Under the pieces are notes generated by a model. It was not told the origin of the DNA. It saw nothing but the letters and a program-made list of their open reading frames with translations, and did not search any database. This document shows positions 1 through 10,769 of a stretch of DNA of 35,247 nucleotides, piece by piece; the first letter of the stretch is position 1, and every line of letters begins with the position of its first letter. The position numbers were made by a program, and so were the translations under genes. Source of the DNA: Psammoneis japonica (taxonomy: Eukaryota); the NCBI GenBank assembly GCA_008632985.1, contig QPGO01000086.1, forward strand, positions 310,001-345,247, read 5' to 3'.

Positions 1-254
1 GACAGTATTCCACTCTTTCTGAAAGAGTAAGACAGGGACGGATTCCTCGCCTATGCAAACATTGATTGTCGTTATTTTGGAAGTTATGCACGGCAGGATT
101 GCCCCCGGAACGATTCTCGTCTTTGACGAGTAGAAGAACCTTTGCCATCCGACATGCATGGAGAGAGTGCTGCAAGAGATTCGGTTGGCACTATGAGTAT
201 TTGGCCTTTAGCTTGGCCATGAAGCAGACTTTAGACCATGTTGTTGAGGGATGA
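1..254 (+). pseudogene. 3' fragment of a TylF/MycF/NovP-type SAM-dependent methyltransferase, disrupted
   Basis: Three frames give DSIPLFLKE*...LAYANIDC, ILEVMHGRIAPGTILVFDE* and AWRECCKRFGWHYEYLAFS. These match the family pattern 'DxDLY...RIxPGTxIVFDEY...AW.E...YEYLAF', with stops and deletions. Truncated by the window start. Confidence 0.55.
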
Positions 255-433
255 TGACCCGAGTGAGACAAACGAATTGGTTTACTAATTGATTCGGTTT
301 CGGTGCAAACGCCTTTTTGCCCATTTGTCTTTCTACTTCCTACTTTCCCCTTTCGCTAATTCAAGACCTTGTTCCCCATTATGTGTAAGTAGCCCTAAAG
401 AATCCGTCGCTGCATACATTCTTGAAAAACTTG

Positions 434-2939
434 CTACTCAAGGCTGTCCTCTTCGTCATCTTCAAAAAACTTAAAGACGTATGGCGCGCGCCCGGTCCGT
501 CCCGTACCGGTCCCCCAATTGCTCATGATTGGACTCATCCTGAGATTCCCATATGCTGGCCTATTGGCGTCCATGTTAGAATCTTCATCGACAAGGTCAA
601 TGCCATTGCAACTGCTTGTTTCGTCCCGAGAATCGGAAGCCGTGGCGTCCGCTACTGTTTGCGATGACCTCGGACTGGTTTTCACCCAGAATTGATGACG
701 AGCTTCTTCACGAGACTTTTTCTCTGCGGCCGTTGCAAAATAGGATGCAGTAGACCCCACTTTTTCCGGAGAAGTGGATGCACTCCTGGTTGTGTCTCCA
801 GAAATATCTTTTTGCGACTTTCTCTCTACGACTCGTGGTGCAATTGATGCAAGGGACGCCAACTTTTCCAAAGGACTAGAAGCGAGCTTGAGCTCATTAT
901 CACGACGATCTTGCTTGGAGTGTGTCAGTACGGTGAGCGAAGTATCCGATGCATCAGACGTTGATCTTTCCACAGATTTTGGAGCGGGCTTGAGCTGATT
1001 CTCACCGCGATCGTGCCTCGTGTTTCTCACTGCAGCTAGAGTAGCTTCTTCTGATGAAGCGGGTAGCAACGTTTCCGCGGACCAGGGCGTAGTCTTGCTC
1101 TGGCCTACACGGCGATCATCCTCTACGGACTTAGGCGGAGTATTCGTTGCAGAAGATTCAAAGCTTTCGAAGGAACTAGGAGCGGTCTTGCTAAAGTTGT
1201 CACGACAATGTTTCCTCGAGTCTTTCAGTGTGCTGGTCGTGGTTTTTGACGCTGTGGACTCAAACCTTTTCAAAGAAGTAAGAGCAGTCTTGAGCAGGTC
1301 TGCACGCTGATCTTGCTTCGTCTTTTCAACTATCGCGGGTGTAGCGCCTTCTAATGCAGATGGCTCCAACCTTTCCGCGGAAGTAGGAACAGGCTTGATC
1401 TGAACTGCTTGACGATCTTGCTTCAAACTCTTCACTGCTCTAGGTGGAGTCTTTGACGCAGTGGGCGCGACCCTTTCCACTGAAATGGTAGAAGTCTTGT
1501 TCAGTCCTTTGCGACGATCTTGCTTCCAGTTTTTACCTAAAACGGGGGAAGTGAGTTTTGATGTAGCAGACGCCAACCTCTCCGAAGAGCTACGAGCAGT
1601 ATTGGTCTGATCTTCAGAACTACCCTCCGTCAAATTTGCTAATGTGTTCGCAGTAGCTGGTGGTTTCTTTTCCAAAGGGCCAGGATTAGCCTTAATCTGA
1701 TCTTTCCGAGTGCCTTCTTCCGGGCGTGGTACGAAGGGCTCGACTTCTTCGAGTATCGTTCTGTTGACCGTTGCACCAAGAGGGCGGATGAGCAAATGAG
1801 AAATACAATATACACGGCAATTTAAAGGATGATTGATGCACTTACCGGAAGCATTCTCGGCGACCAAGCACCTCTTCATCACCTAGTTTGAATTTAGTGA
1901 TCCAATTTTTGTCAACCATGGGGTATTGTGAAAGGTGAGCGTCCCATGGTGCTTCCGGTTCGGCGTCAACGTCAATAATTTCACAATTTTCTGGCATTAC
2001 TGGCGTAGGCCTCCTTTTCTTGACAGGAAGAGCTGTACGGTCTCCTACTTCATTTGCCAGGGTCGGTACCTCTTCAGCTTGGGTGCGTTTCTTGCTGCGT
2101 TGGTTCTCTTGTCGAAGAGATGGTCGAGCTTGCGTTGTTACACCAGCATTGGGGGCGATTGCGACGGACGATGGATCAATTTTGCTCTGTTGAAGCTGGA
2201 TTAGTTCTGCCAACGAAAGACCCTGTGGACGTTGGCTTTCGCGCCCTTTCTTCTCACGAAGGCATTGACTGACTTTTTTTCGCGCGTCCTCGTGAGACAC
2301 CTCCATCCAAACATCTCTCCTCTCATTCTTTCTCATGAATCTTCCTGGAGGAGAGAGACCGTGTATCTGCTGTACGATTTCACGAACAATCTCTTGTTTG
2401 CGGTGAATGGATGCGTGCAATGTGTATTCCTCTTGTCGCTGCTTCACCAGCTGCCGAAGGTAGACATTGCCGTCATGCTGGTTGACATACCCGCCTCTTC
2501 CACACAAGACATCATTTTTCCTTGGGATTAGGATGGGCGAAGGATTGGACGGCGGCTCGCGCCCTTTCTTCTGACGAAGGCATTGACTGACTTTCTCTCG
2601 CGCGTCCTTATGAGACACCTCCGTCCAAACATTTCGCCTTTCATCCTGTCTCATGAATCTTCCTGGAGGAGAGAGACCGTGTATCTGCTGTACGATGTCA
2701 CGAGCAATCTCTTGCTTGCGGCTTTTGGATGCGTGCAATGTGTATTCCTCTTGTCGCTGCTTCACCAGCTGCCGAAGGTAGACATTGCCGTCATGCTGGT
2801 TGGCATACCCGCCTCTTCCACACAAGACATCATTTTTCCTTGGGAGAGAAGAAAAATTGGACGGCTCGAAAGGATGAATCGCCTCAACGTCGACTCCACC
2901 CGCTTTCCGCGCTTCGCGATGCGTTCCTCCTGACGCCAT
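434..2939 (-). CDS. Protein with two tandem DUF6824-type domains and a repetitive S/T/K-rich C-terminus; join(1846..2939, 434..1760), ~806 aa
   Basis: Two copies of 'DVLCGRGG..NQHDGN...Y....K..I...I....PPGRF......W.EV....AREKVSQCLR'. An 85-bp GTAAG...AACAG intron (1761-1845) joins ORFs 1842..2939 and 434..1882 in frame (ECFR|TILEEV). Confidence 0.85.
720..1620 (-). repeat. Degenerate ~34-aa coding repeat, about 8 copies
   Basis: Recurrent units KQDRRKGLNKTS, KQDRQAVQIKPV, KQDQRADLLKTA, RHDRGENQLKPA and KQDRRDNELKLA. The DNA motif GATCTTGCTT recurs. Confidence 0.65.
2239..2845. repeat. Near-identical direct repeat of ~289 bp (2239-2527 and 2557-2845, period 318 bp) encoding the duplicated DUF6824 domain
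   Basis: Long identical stretches occur twice, e.g. CATGAATCTTCCTGGAGGAGAGAGACCGTGTATCTGCTGTACGAT. Confidence 0.95.
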
Positions 2940-3249
2940 CGTCTTTTTGTGCGTAGCGATTGTTACGATGCGAAAGGGTTTGTTGTTTAGGAGCGTGTTG
3001 CTCTGAGAAGTTGCCCGTTGCTGATGACAACCTTGTGAAGACTTTGTGTGATGGAGCCAGAGCCACTCGTCGTGTTGACCTCTCCTAAAAGCAACGGAAG
3101 CTTTTTGATTTTGAAAAATAACGGCTCGGCGTAAAAATGTATTGGAGCGCTACGAACAGGAATTGAGTCGTTGCTCTACGTAAATTTTATACGAGGCCAA
3201 CGGTACACAATTCTATCTTGAATGATGATCTGTGCTTCATTGACGGTCG

Positions 3250-3420
3250 CTCTACTCCCTCTCTCTCTACTACTCTCTAGAGTAGTAGCTAGTAGAGAAG
3301 CTCTAGAGAGAGTAGCTTACTCTACTCTAGCTACTAGAGAGCTAGCTAGAGCTAGCTAGAGCTAGCTAGCTGGCTCTATTACCGAGCTTGAGTTACCGGT
3401 AACTCTCTAGTAGCTAGAAG
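3250..3420. repeat. CTAG/AGCT/TAG-rich low-complexity tract
   Basis: Built almost only from CTA, TAG, GAG and CTC units. Includes about three tandem AGCTAGCTAG and CTCTAGAG at 3275 and 3301. Confidence 0.85.
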
Positions 3421-4295
3421 CAGAGCCACCGATGCTCGATCACTCATCGTCAAGCCTTCTGCTGCCTCTGCTACTAGCTACAGGAGCTATGGCTACTGAA
3501 ATGGTAGAGAGCAAAAGTAGATACAAAGGATGACGCGTTCTACAATAGTTTCAAGTTCTCAGTTCTCCACTTGCGAGCTAGAAAAGAGAGCAGTATCCAG
3601 CCCCATACCTGAACTCGAAGCGCCTCGTCGAAGCTGCGAGGATCTATTGTACTATTCTCTCGAATTCGAAAGGATAGAGTGCCGTATCCTTCCAACTGGA
3701 GAGAGTACAGCAGACTTATACTTGTTGCGATGGCGACGGTACTTTGCAAAAAGAAGTGTAGTAGAGAAGGCAACTGAACTAGACGAGATCTTTTTCACAA
3801 AACGTAAAGAGCTACTAAAACAATTTCAACAAACTTGAACCCCTCCCCATGCTCTCTTGTCGTTTTACACAACATAAAATTCAGTCAACCACGTCACTGT
3901 CAAATAACCCATGGATGTAGACTGGACGCGCGCCCAACAACGAAGAGTATGCATTGGCCCTTCGCCGTCCAGCCTTCTGAAACCCTTGAAACGGATAAAG
4001 ATGTGTAGGAATCACGTCATTACTCCACGCAGACGCCAAGCCTGGATGTGCAATATCGTACACAGTCTTCATCCCTTCCTCAAACTCTGTTCCTGGTTGG
4101 GACCAGGCTTGAGGAAGGTCTGGAAACCTAGAAGAGCACATTGACGAATGGGACCTGTAACGAGTGCGAAAGTAGAAGCAACAAAAAGTTTATGTGAGAG
4201 ACATATCGAGAGGATTGAATGCGTTGCCCCCGACGCATGTAATATCAGTGACATCCCCGCCTCTCGTGTCACTCAAGCATAAACATGGTGTTGCT

Positions 4296-5677
4296 TCAAT
4301 CTTTGGATGCGGTGTCGGGCGGACTCGTCTCCTGCCGTTGTTTGGAGTGGTTAGGCACGGGAACTATTTGATCATAAAAGCCAGAAATATGCAACCATTC
4401 CTCTGGAGGAATAGCATCATCTCGCCACATCAAATGGTCCGCCAGTGCCCCGCACTCACAAACAGTGCCCGACTCTGCAGCATTTCCACACTGGCAAAAG
4501 CAGATTGGCTTGTAGACACCAGATGCTTGTCTGCTTAGTGACGGAGAGGTCGTGGAGGACCGACGAGACACTGACCTACTACTGCGACCTTCGAAACACC
4601 ATTCTTTCCAGCACGTACCTCGTTTTTGGAATCGTTCATCAGCGCGCCGATTCCTCCGAGGTCCCCGTGGCTGGAACTACTGTCTGTCAGACTCTTGGAA
4701 AGTTTCGCTTTCCCGTTCCTGCCCAAAGCCTCGTCTTCAAACTCATCTTCAAAGGGATTGACAAATGGAGCGCCGAGAAAGCTTGCATCCTTGTCCGTAT
4801 CATCCAACGCCAAGGAGTTTGTCCTAACCAAGTTCTCCTCCTTCTTATTTTTCACCGACGGTGGCATAGCAAACGCAGACGACGGGGGCCAGCCAAATTT
4901 GATTGGTGGGACTGGTTTCAACGGCGGAGTTTCGTCATTGGGTGGTGGTGTGGGTGCCGTGGTTCGTGGGTCGGACACGTCATCGCTTCTGCTGTCGTGT
5001 TTCGCCTTGGCTCTCTTTTTGGGCGGATGCATCGCTTCCTGTCGCTCCTCCTCTTCCGCTTCCCTTTTTGCGGCTTCAGCATTTCGCTTTAGCGCATTGA
5101 CAGCCGCAGCTGAAGCTCTACTGAGAGGCTGGATTGGTCTGACGCCTATCGGTTGATTCAAGACTGGCGTGGCGAGTCTGACTTCAGCTGTTCGAGAACG
5201 CTTCTCATCCATGGCATGGTCCGCTCGAATCTTTGGAGCCCCCTCCCGTAACGCCTGACTCGTCTTTTGCATAGCCTTTTCATCTGATACCTCCACCCAT
5301 CCAACAAGCCCGTTACCATAACCTCCTTTTGCGTCCGGGTCCTTGGCTAAGAATCGACCCGGCGGATCCAAACTCTTGACTCGGTCCACGATTTCCCGTG
5401 AAACTCTCGCTTTCTCCGTCTTGTTGGCTGCAAGGTTGTATTCGTTCTTTCGCTCTCTCACCCAATCACGAAACGTAATGTTGCCCGGATGAGAATTTAT
5501 GCCACCGCCACGTCCGGATAAGACATCGTGATCGTGAGGATTTCGTATAAGAGTCTTGGCTTCCCCGTGCAAGCCCGTAGACACCACGTAAGAAGCCCCG
5601 TTCGCGGATACAAAGTCAGATTTCACTGTTCTCCCTCGCGTCTTGGCGCCGCTTCTGTTTCTTGTCAATGTGCTCAT
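4296..5677 (-). CDS. DUF6824-domain protein; main ORF 4535..5677, probably extended to 4296 by a Cys-rich C-terminal segment
   Basis: Contains 'HDVLSGRGGGINSHPGN..FR..V...K.EY.....EK......I...V....PPGRFL...W.EV..EKAMQKTSQALRE'. A downstream frame encodes CFCQCG...CECG, but the junction (intron or frameshift near 4570-4620) is unresolved. Confidence 0.8.
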
Positions 5678-6354
5678 GATGTATAAGTTGCTCTGAATAT
5701 TGTAGTGATGGATGTAAAGAAGTGGTGCGTTGTTGATGTGTAACTATAAAATGGTTTGTTCTTGTTGACAATGCTGCTTCGTTGTGATGTATTACGTTTT
5801 TTTCGCGAACCTGTTGTCACCGTCCTGTGTCATCACGCGTTCTTTCTGAGTCGCGTTCCGAACTCGATCGAAACGTGGGATTGGTACTGCTTACACACGT
5901 AGAATGACTCATCCTTTTTCTACGTGGCATCTCCATACAACGCTACTGAGTCGTGAGTCAGGTTCTCGTCCGTTGGTCGCTCTTTTGCTGCAACCAGCCG
6001 TCGGACATTCTTTTCACCAGTATGTTTTCTACGTGAATCTACAGGAGGGCAGCCACATCACGAACTTCAATATGACGTCAGACAGAACAGCTGGAGCGAA
6101 GGATGATGTCAAGATGACGTTGACAACTAGTGTCAAATTTTGACGTCTGTCTTTCGAACGATTTTCGATTCCGGCTTCGCCGCGCTTTTTGTTCGGGACC
6201 ATGGTGTTTTGCAGCTTGTCCTGCCGTCCATCTCATGACTTTGAGAAACGAGGTCAGCAGACGAAGATGGCAAGTCATCAACGTAGGCTACATTGCAAAT
6301 GCGAACGCCGTGACCCTTACACAACGGAAACATGAAAAACAGTCCTGCGGGATT

Positions 6355-6355
<1 letters not shown>

Positions 6356-6397
<42 letters not shown>
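6356..6397. repeat. (CT)n microsatellite
   Basis: Uninterrupted CT dinucleotide run. Confidence 0.95.
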
Positions 6398-6400
<3 letters not shown>

Positions 6401-7244
6401 CTGCTCTCCAGCATATAGTCGTTCGATCTTGAGGAAGTGAAATTCATGCTCTTCTGTACATCGTCATACAGAAAGGATCAACCTCGAATTTTTTTCTGAC
6501 GCGGATGGGAATCAAGGACCAATTAATTGTATGGATGAATTCAACAAAAAATTGTTCCCGCCACCAAGCGTAAAGGACACACGATGAAGCGCATCGCAAA
6601 GTCAAGATGTCACTTTTCGCCGTGTCAAGTCACTCCAACGGCAAGGCGCAAGGAGTCGCATTGATAACTTTGAACAATGGGGAATGACGATTATTATGAT
6701 GATGACGGCTACTATTCCAATTACGTGAGAACGACGCAAGACGCAGGGCCGTGGTTGTTCTGGTCCGTGGTTGCGATTGTCATTTCGTTGTTTCTGTCGA
6801 TATTCCCATTAGGTAAGTGTTTTGGGGGATTTTGACAATACTCATTATTATTCGGTAGTCAAGCTCATCTTTTTGTTTCCCCTGCATGTCAGTTTGGATG
6901 GGAAGAAAATGGAAAAAGTTCCGCAAGGCGAGAAAACGAGCAAGAGCCTTCGCGAAGGCTGCCAATCAAGAAAAGGAAAGGGTATGTTGGCTGTTTATTC
7001 TGTATCTAATGATGTTGTTACACGTCTCTTATAACACAGCATCATGGCTATTATTTATTAAACAGAGCGAGCACATGGAGCATGGGTATGAGGCAATGAG
7101 TGACGAACCGAATGCCGGAATGAGCAAGGACCAATAGAGTCGGTGATTACAGAATGTGCCAAGGATTAGTCTCCTACTTTGATGCCATTGGAGCAGGTTA
7201 CCGACAATGCTAGTTTTAACCAAGCCAAACAGGCTCCACCAAGA

Positions 7245-7672
7245 CAAGTCAAAGGGAGTGTAAGTCAACTTCAGTGGTTTTGCTCGTGACACTGTCACGT
7301 GTCACACCAGACTCATGATGTCTTTCTCTTTCTTTCACGAGTAGCGTATGTATGATTCCAGCAAAGAGACCGATGGAGGGGACGTAACCCACAACGATTT
7401 TATAGACCCAGCGGGTACTGAAAGGTTGAAGGAGCTGACGACTACGTTATCTTCACCCTTGTCAGACCAGCTATCCGCAGAAAGTACCAATGACCAGTGG
7501 ACTGCAACGTCGTCTTTAGATCACGTTACCAACGAAGTTATTTTTAACCAATCTGAAGTGCCTTCAAGAGAAGACAAAGGGGATGTGAGTCACCTTCTTC
7601 TCGTTTTGCTCGTTGTGACATGGCCACACTCGACTCATGTCGTCCTTCACCTTTCTTCGACGAGTAGGTTAT
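7245..7672 (+). repeat. Diverged tandem intron/exon module upstream of the MATE domain (period ~325 bp)
   Basis: 7250-7350 and 7575-7672 share GTRAGTCA...TTTTGCTCGT...GACTCATG...CGAGTAG. CAGCAAAGAGAC occurs at ~7359 and ~7887. Confidence 0.6.
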
Positions 7673-8037
7673 GAACAGGGATCAACCAATGAGGGATGGA
7701 AATGATTCCATCCAAGCGGCTGATGAAACGACTATAGTCTACCACGAATTGACAGACCCAAGGACACCGAAATGCGAAAGGAGCATAAGGCTACTTCACA
7801 TGCGTCAGATCGTCAAGGTACCGCGTCTCCCGTAAAAGCCGGAGCTGGGGTGACGCAGACAGGGTGAACATGGAGCTCCTAGAGATTCAGCAAAGAGACT
7901 TACAAGACGATATCATTTGAGTACAGTGGACAAGGTAAGCATTTGCCAATCTGAACAAGACATGCGCATATCGTATTGTATGTACCGACTTGAGTCACCA
8001 ACGGCCGCTCCTATTGAATGCTTTTTTTTTTTTTCAG

Positions 8038-10250
8038 ATTCTCGATCCTTTTGTATTCGAAGACGACCAGCTGCAAAAGACTGAAACAATTTCTCATTTT
8101 GATGAAGACGGGGTACCCGGAACAAACCAGATTGATCTATTTGAGACCAGCATTCTTGACCAACGTGCCTGTGTGCCGCAGAAAGGGCGTGCTGCCCCTG
8201 GAAGAAAAGTTCGAGCGGCACCTGTGGTTCTGTCGGACACAGACGTGAATGACGACGATACTGGGGACATGCCGGACAATGGCCCAGAAGGCACAAGGGT
8301 GCCGATTACACGTTAGAGGAGTCTTCAGAGGATAGCTCGGACGACGAAGGCAAAGAGGGTGAGACAGAATTTGATTTGTTCATGCGGGAGACTACACGGG
8401 GCTGGGAAACGTTAAAAGCTGTCTTGAGCCTCGACAGAGAAACGAAAAAGATTTTTCGACTGGCGGCACCTGCTACGTTCTCGGCCATCAGCTCAGCAGC
8501 AATGGACGCAATAAGTAAGCTGATTGTCGTTGAATACGTCTTGTACCGAATGCGTATTGCCGTCTGTGTTTGGTTCTCTCACAATACTTCCTGCTTAAAT
8601 AGCCACTGCGTTGATTGCACAGAATGCCGGTACAGAGGCTTTCGCCGCATATTCAATGGTTGGTGTCTTTTTGGGATTGACAGACTCGCTTACAAGTGGC
8701 GTCGCGGAGGCCGAAGGTGTTTTGACGGCGCAAGCAATTGGGATGGACAATGGCTTTCTAGCAGGACAATACGCACAGCTATCACTTGTACTTTACCTCA
8801 TTGGCGCAGTTCCCATGTATACCATGTGGACTTTCTTTGCCGACAAGGCCGTTCTTGCATTTGGAATGGACGAAACGGTGGCAATGCTAACTCGTGAATA
8901 TATCCCAATCGCAGTTTTTAGCTACATGTACGTGCTGCTTAGATACAATCCCTTGCCACGGAGGGCTAATCTCGATTGCTTTTCATACGAACTAAACTCA
9001 CGGTGATTCTGCTGTTCTTCCGACAGGGGTGGTGGGATCGCTTCAGGTTTAGGAACATTAATGTGGAGCGCTGACCATGGTGGTTTTATGACAGCAGTTG
9101 ACACAGTGTTCTCTGTACTTTATGTGGTTGCCATTGCCGCCGCGTGCGCCGCCTTTGACCATCTCGCTCTAACTACGATTGCTTGGATTGGAATCGGCTA
9201 CTCCATTCTTTACGGAAGCTTTGTGTTCTCTGCAACAAAACGCAGAGGGATGCTTGATCCCTACTGGAAGGGATTGTTCAAAAGATTCGCGCTCAAGGTG
9301 AGTTCTTGATTACTGATATGTTTGAATTTGAAGAGCGTGCTTCTGAACGTAATTCTTCGATTCTTTATAGAACTTCAATCTGGTGAAAGGAGTTGTGAAA
9401 ATGGCGTTGCCTCTCTCATTTGGAACTTTAATGTCGACAGGAGAAGTAAGTTGAAGCCGTGAACAGCAATTTCGCCATGGTGTTTGAAGATGTGTCTCAC
9501 AGTCCGTCTATATAGTGGGAGATTCTTACGTTCTTTGCGGCAAGAATGGGAGGCGCCGAAGTTGCAGCCTGGTATATTGCAGGGGCCATCTGGAGTGTTT
9601 TCGAATATGCTCCAGGGGGCATCGGCACGGCGGCCGAAATTCGGATCGGCTATCATCTCGGGAACGGCAATCCTCGCATGGCGAAGCTAGCTGCATACAA
9701 AAGTCTCTTGTACTCTGGGTTGTGGTCGGCGCTTATTACAGTCATTTTCTCAGTCTTTTCTCGCAATATTATCGGCTTGTTTACAAGTGATCCTACGTTG
9801 ATTTATCTTTTGGAAGAGTGCGTCCCGCTCATGGCGATCGGGAATGTGCTGTGCTGCCTTGGCAATGATGCCTACAGTGTTATTTCAGCACAGAGCCGTC
9901 CTAAACTGTGTACAAAAGTCTACCTGGTGTTTACATGGTGTGTTGTGCTTCCTTTATCGGGATACTTGGTTTTCTACAGAAATTTTGGTTTGCCAGCACT
10001 TATTGCGTCTGTGGTTGTTTCGTACGGAACGATTGCTGTGTGTTTTCTCTATGGTGAGTTGCATTCTTTAGATAGTTCTAAACCACTTGCTTGTTGATTT
10101 TTCCTTTCTCATGCTTCTAATCGCCATTATCTTTCAGTGGTATTTACATCGAACTGGTCCAAACTTAGCAAAAAGGTCATTGCCAAAGCGAATGAGATGG
10201 AAGGAGATGAGGAGTCAAAATGCGTCGGTAAACAAGATGTTCTTGTGTGA
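8038..10250 (+). CDS. MATE-family (DinF/NorM-like) multidrug/toxin extrusion transporter, multi-exon; 5' end uncertain, possibly from ~6886
   Basis: Segments 'KIFRLAAPATFSAI', 'LTAQAIGMDNGFLAGQYAQ', 'GIGTAAEIRIGYHLGNGNPRMAK' and 'IIGLFTSDPTLI' are typical MATE motifs. GT-AG introns are present; the last is 10054-10137 and the stop TGA is at 10248-10250. There is an apparent frameshift near 8310. Confidence 0.85.
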
Positions 10251-10299
10251 GCGCGCTGCAGGAACCCCTGCTTCGCTGTGATCATCTCAGCATTGTTCT

Positions 10300-10530
10300 T
10301 GTGCCAGCCCGTATATTTTTCCTTTGGGACGTATTGCTGTCGCACTTCTCTACTGTCTGCACTGACCTGTTTGTAGGATCGTGTTGCCTCAAACATCGTT
10401 GCAAGATGTCTCACGGGCCTACTGGTTTGCCTAGATCCCGCCATCAGTTGTCTTTACGTCGAACTGGTCCAGCAAAAAAAGTCATTTTGAAAATCGAATA
10501 AATGTGGAAGAGGAGGACAGGGACAGCGAA
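10300..10530 (+). pseudogene. Remnant duplicate of the MATE 3' end
   Basis: GRIAVALLY plus an intron-like stretch plus VVFTSNWS (GTTGTCTTTACGTCGAACTGGTCC at ~10447) parallels GTIAVCFLY|VVFTSNWSK (GTGGTATTTACATCGAACTGGTCC at ~10137). Confidence 0.6.
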
Positions 10531-10731
10531 AAAAAAACATGAAGTTGTGTAAGAAGTGCTAGAAGAAAAGTATTTCTCAGCAGCCTTTGCGCAATTGCAG
10601 ATTTGAAGTGTTCGCTGTGCTTGTACAGAAAGGCCGTGCTCTTTTGTAGTACGGTACTTTCTAGCCTGCTGCATCTCAAAACGGAAAACAACAAATCATA
10701 GAGAGGGCGTTTAAAACTCACTCCTCACTCT

Positions 10732-10759
10732 AGAGAGAGAGAGAGAGAGAGAGAGAGAG
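10732..10759. repeat. (AG)n microsatellite preceded by CTCTAG
   Basis: AG dinucleotide run starting within CTCTAGAG (10728). Confidence 0.95.
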
Positions 10760-10769
10760 CTACCAGGCC

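Noticed and set aside
3250..3420. CRISPR array or telomeric repeat
   Set aside because: No fixed repeat-spacer periodicity, no cas genes and no TTAGGG-type unit.
3530..4272. Short ORFs 3530..3838 (+), 3881..4141 (-) and 4069..4272 (-) as genes
   Set aside because: Somewhat protein-like, but with no recognisable domain or resolvable structure. They may be fragments.
6130..6447. ORFs with SL/ER dipeptide repeats
   Set aside because: These are translations of the (CT)n microsatellite.
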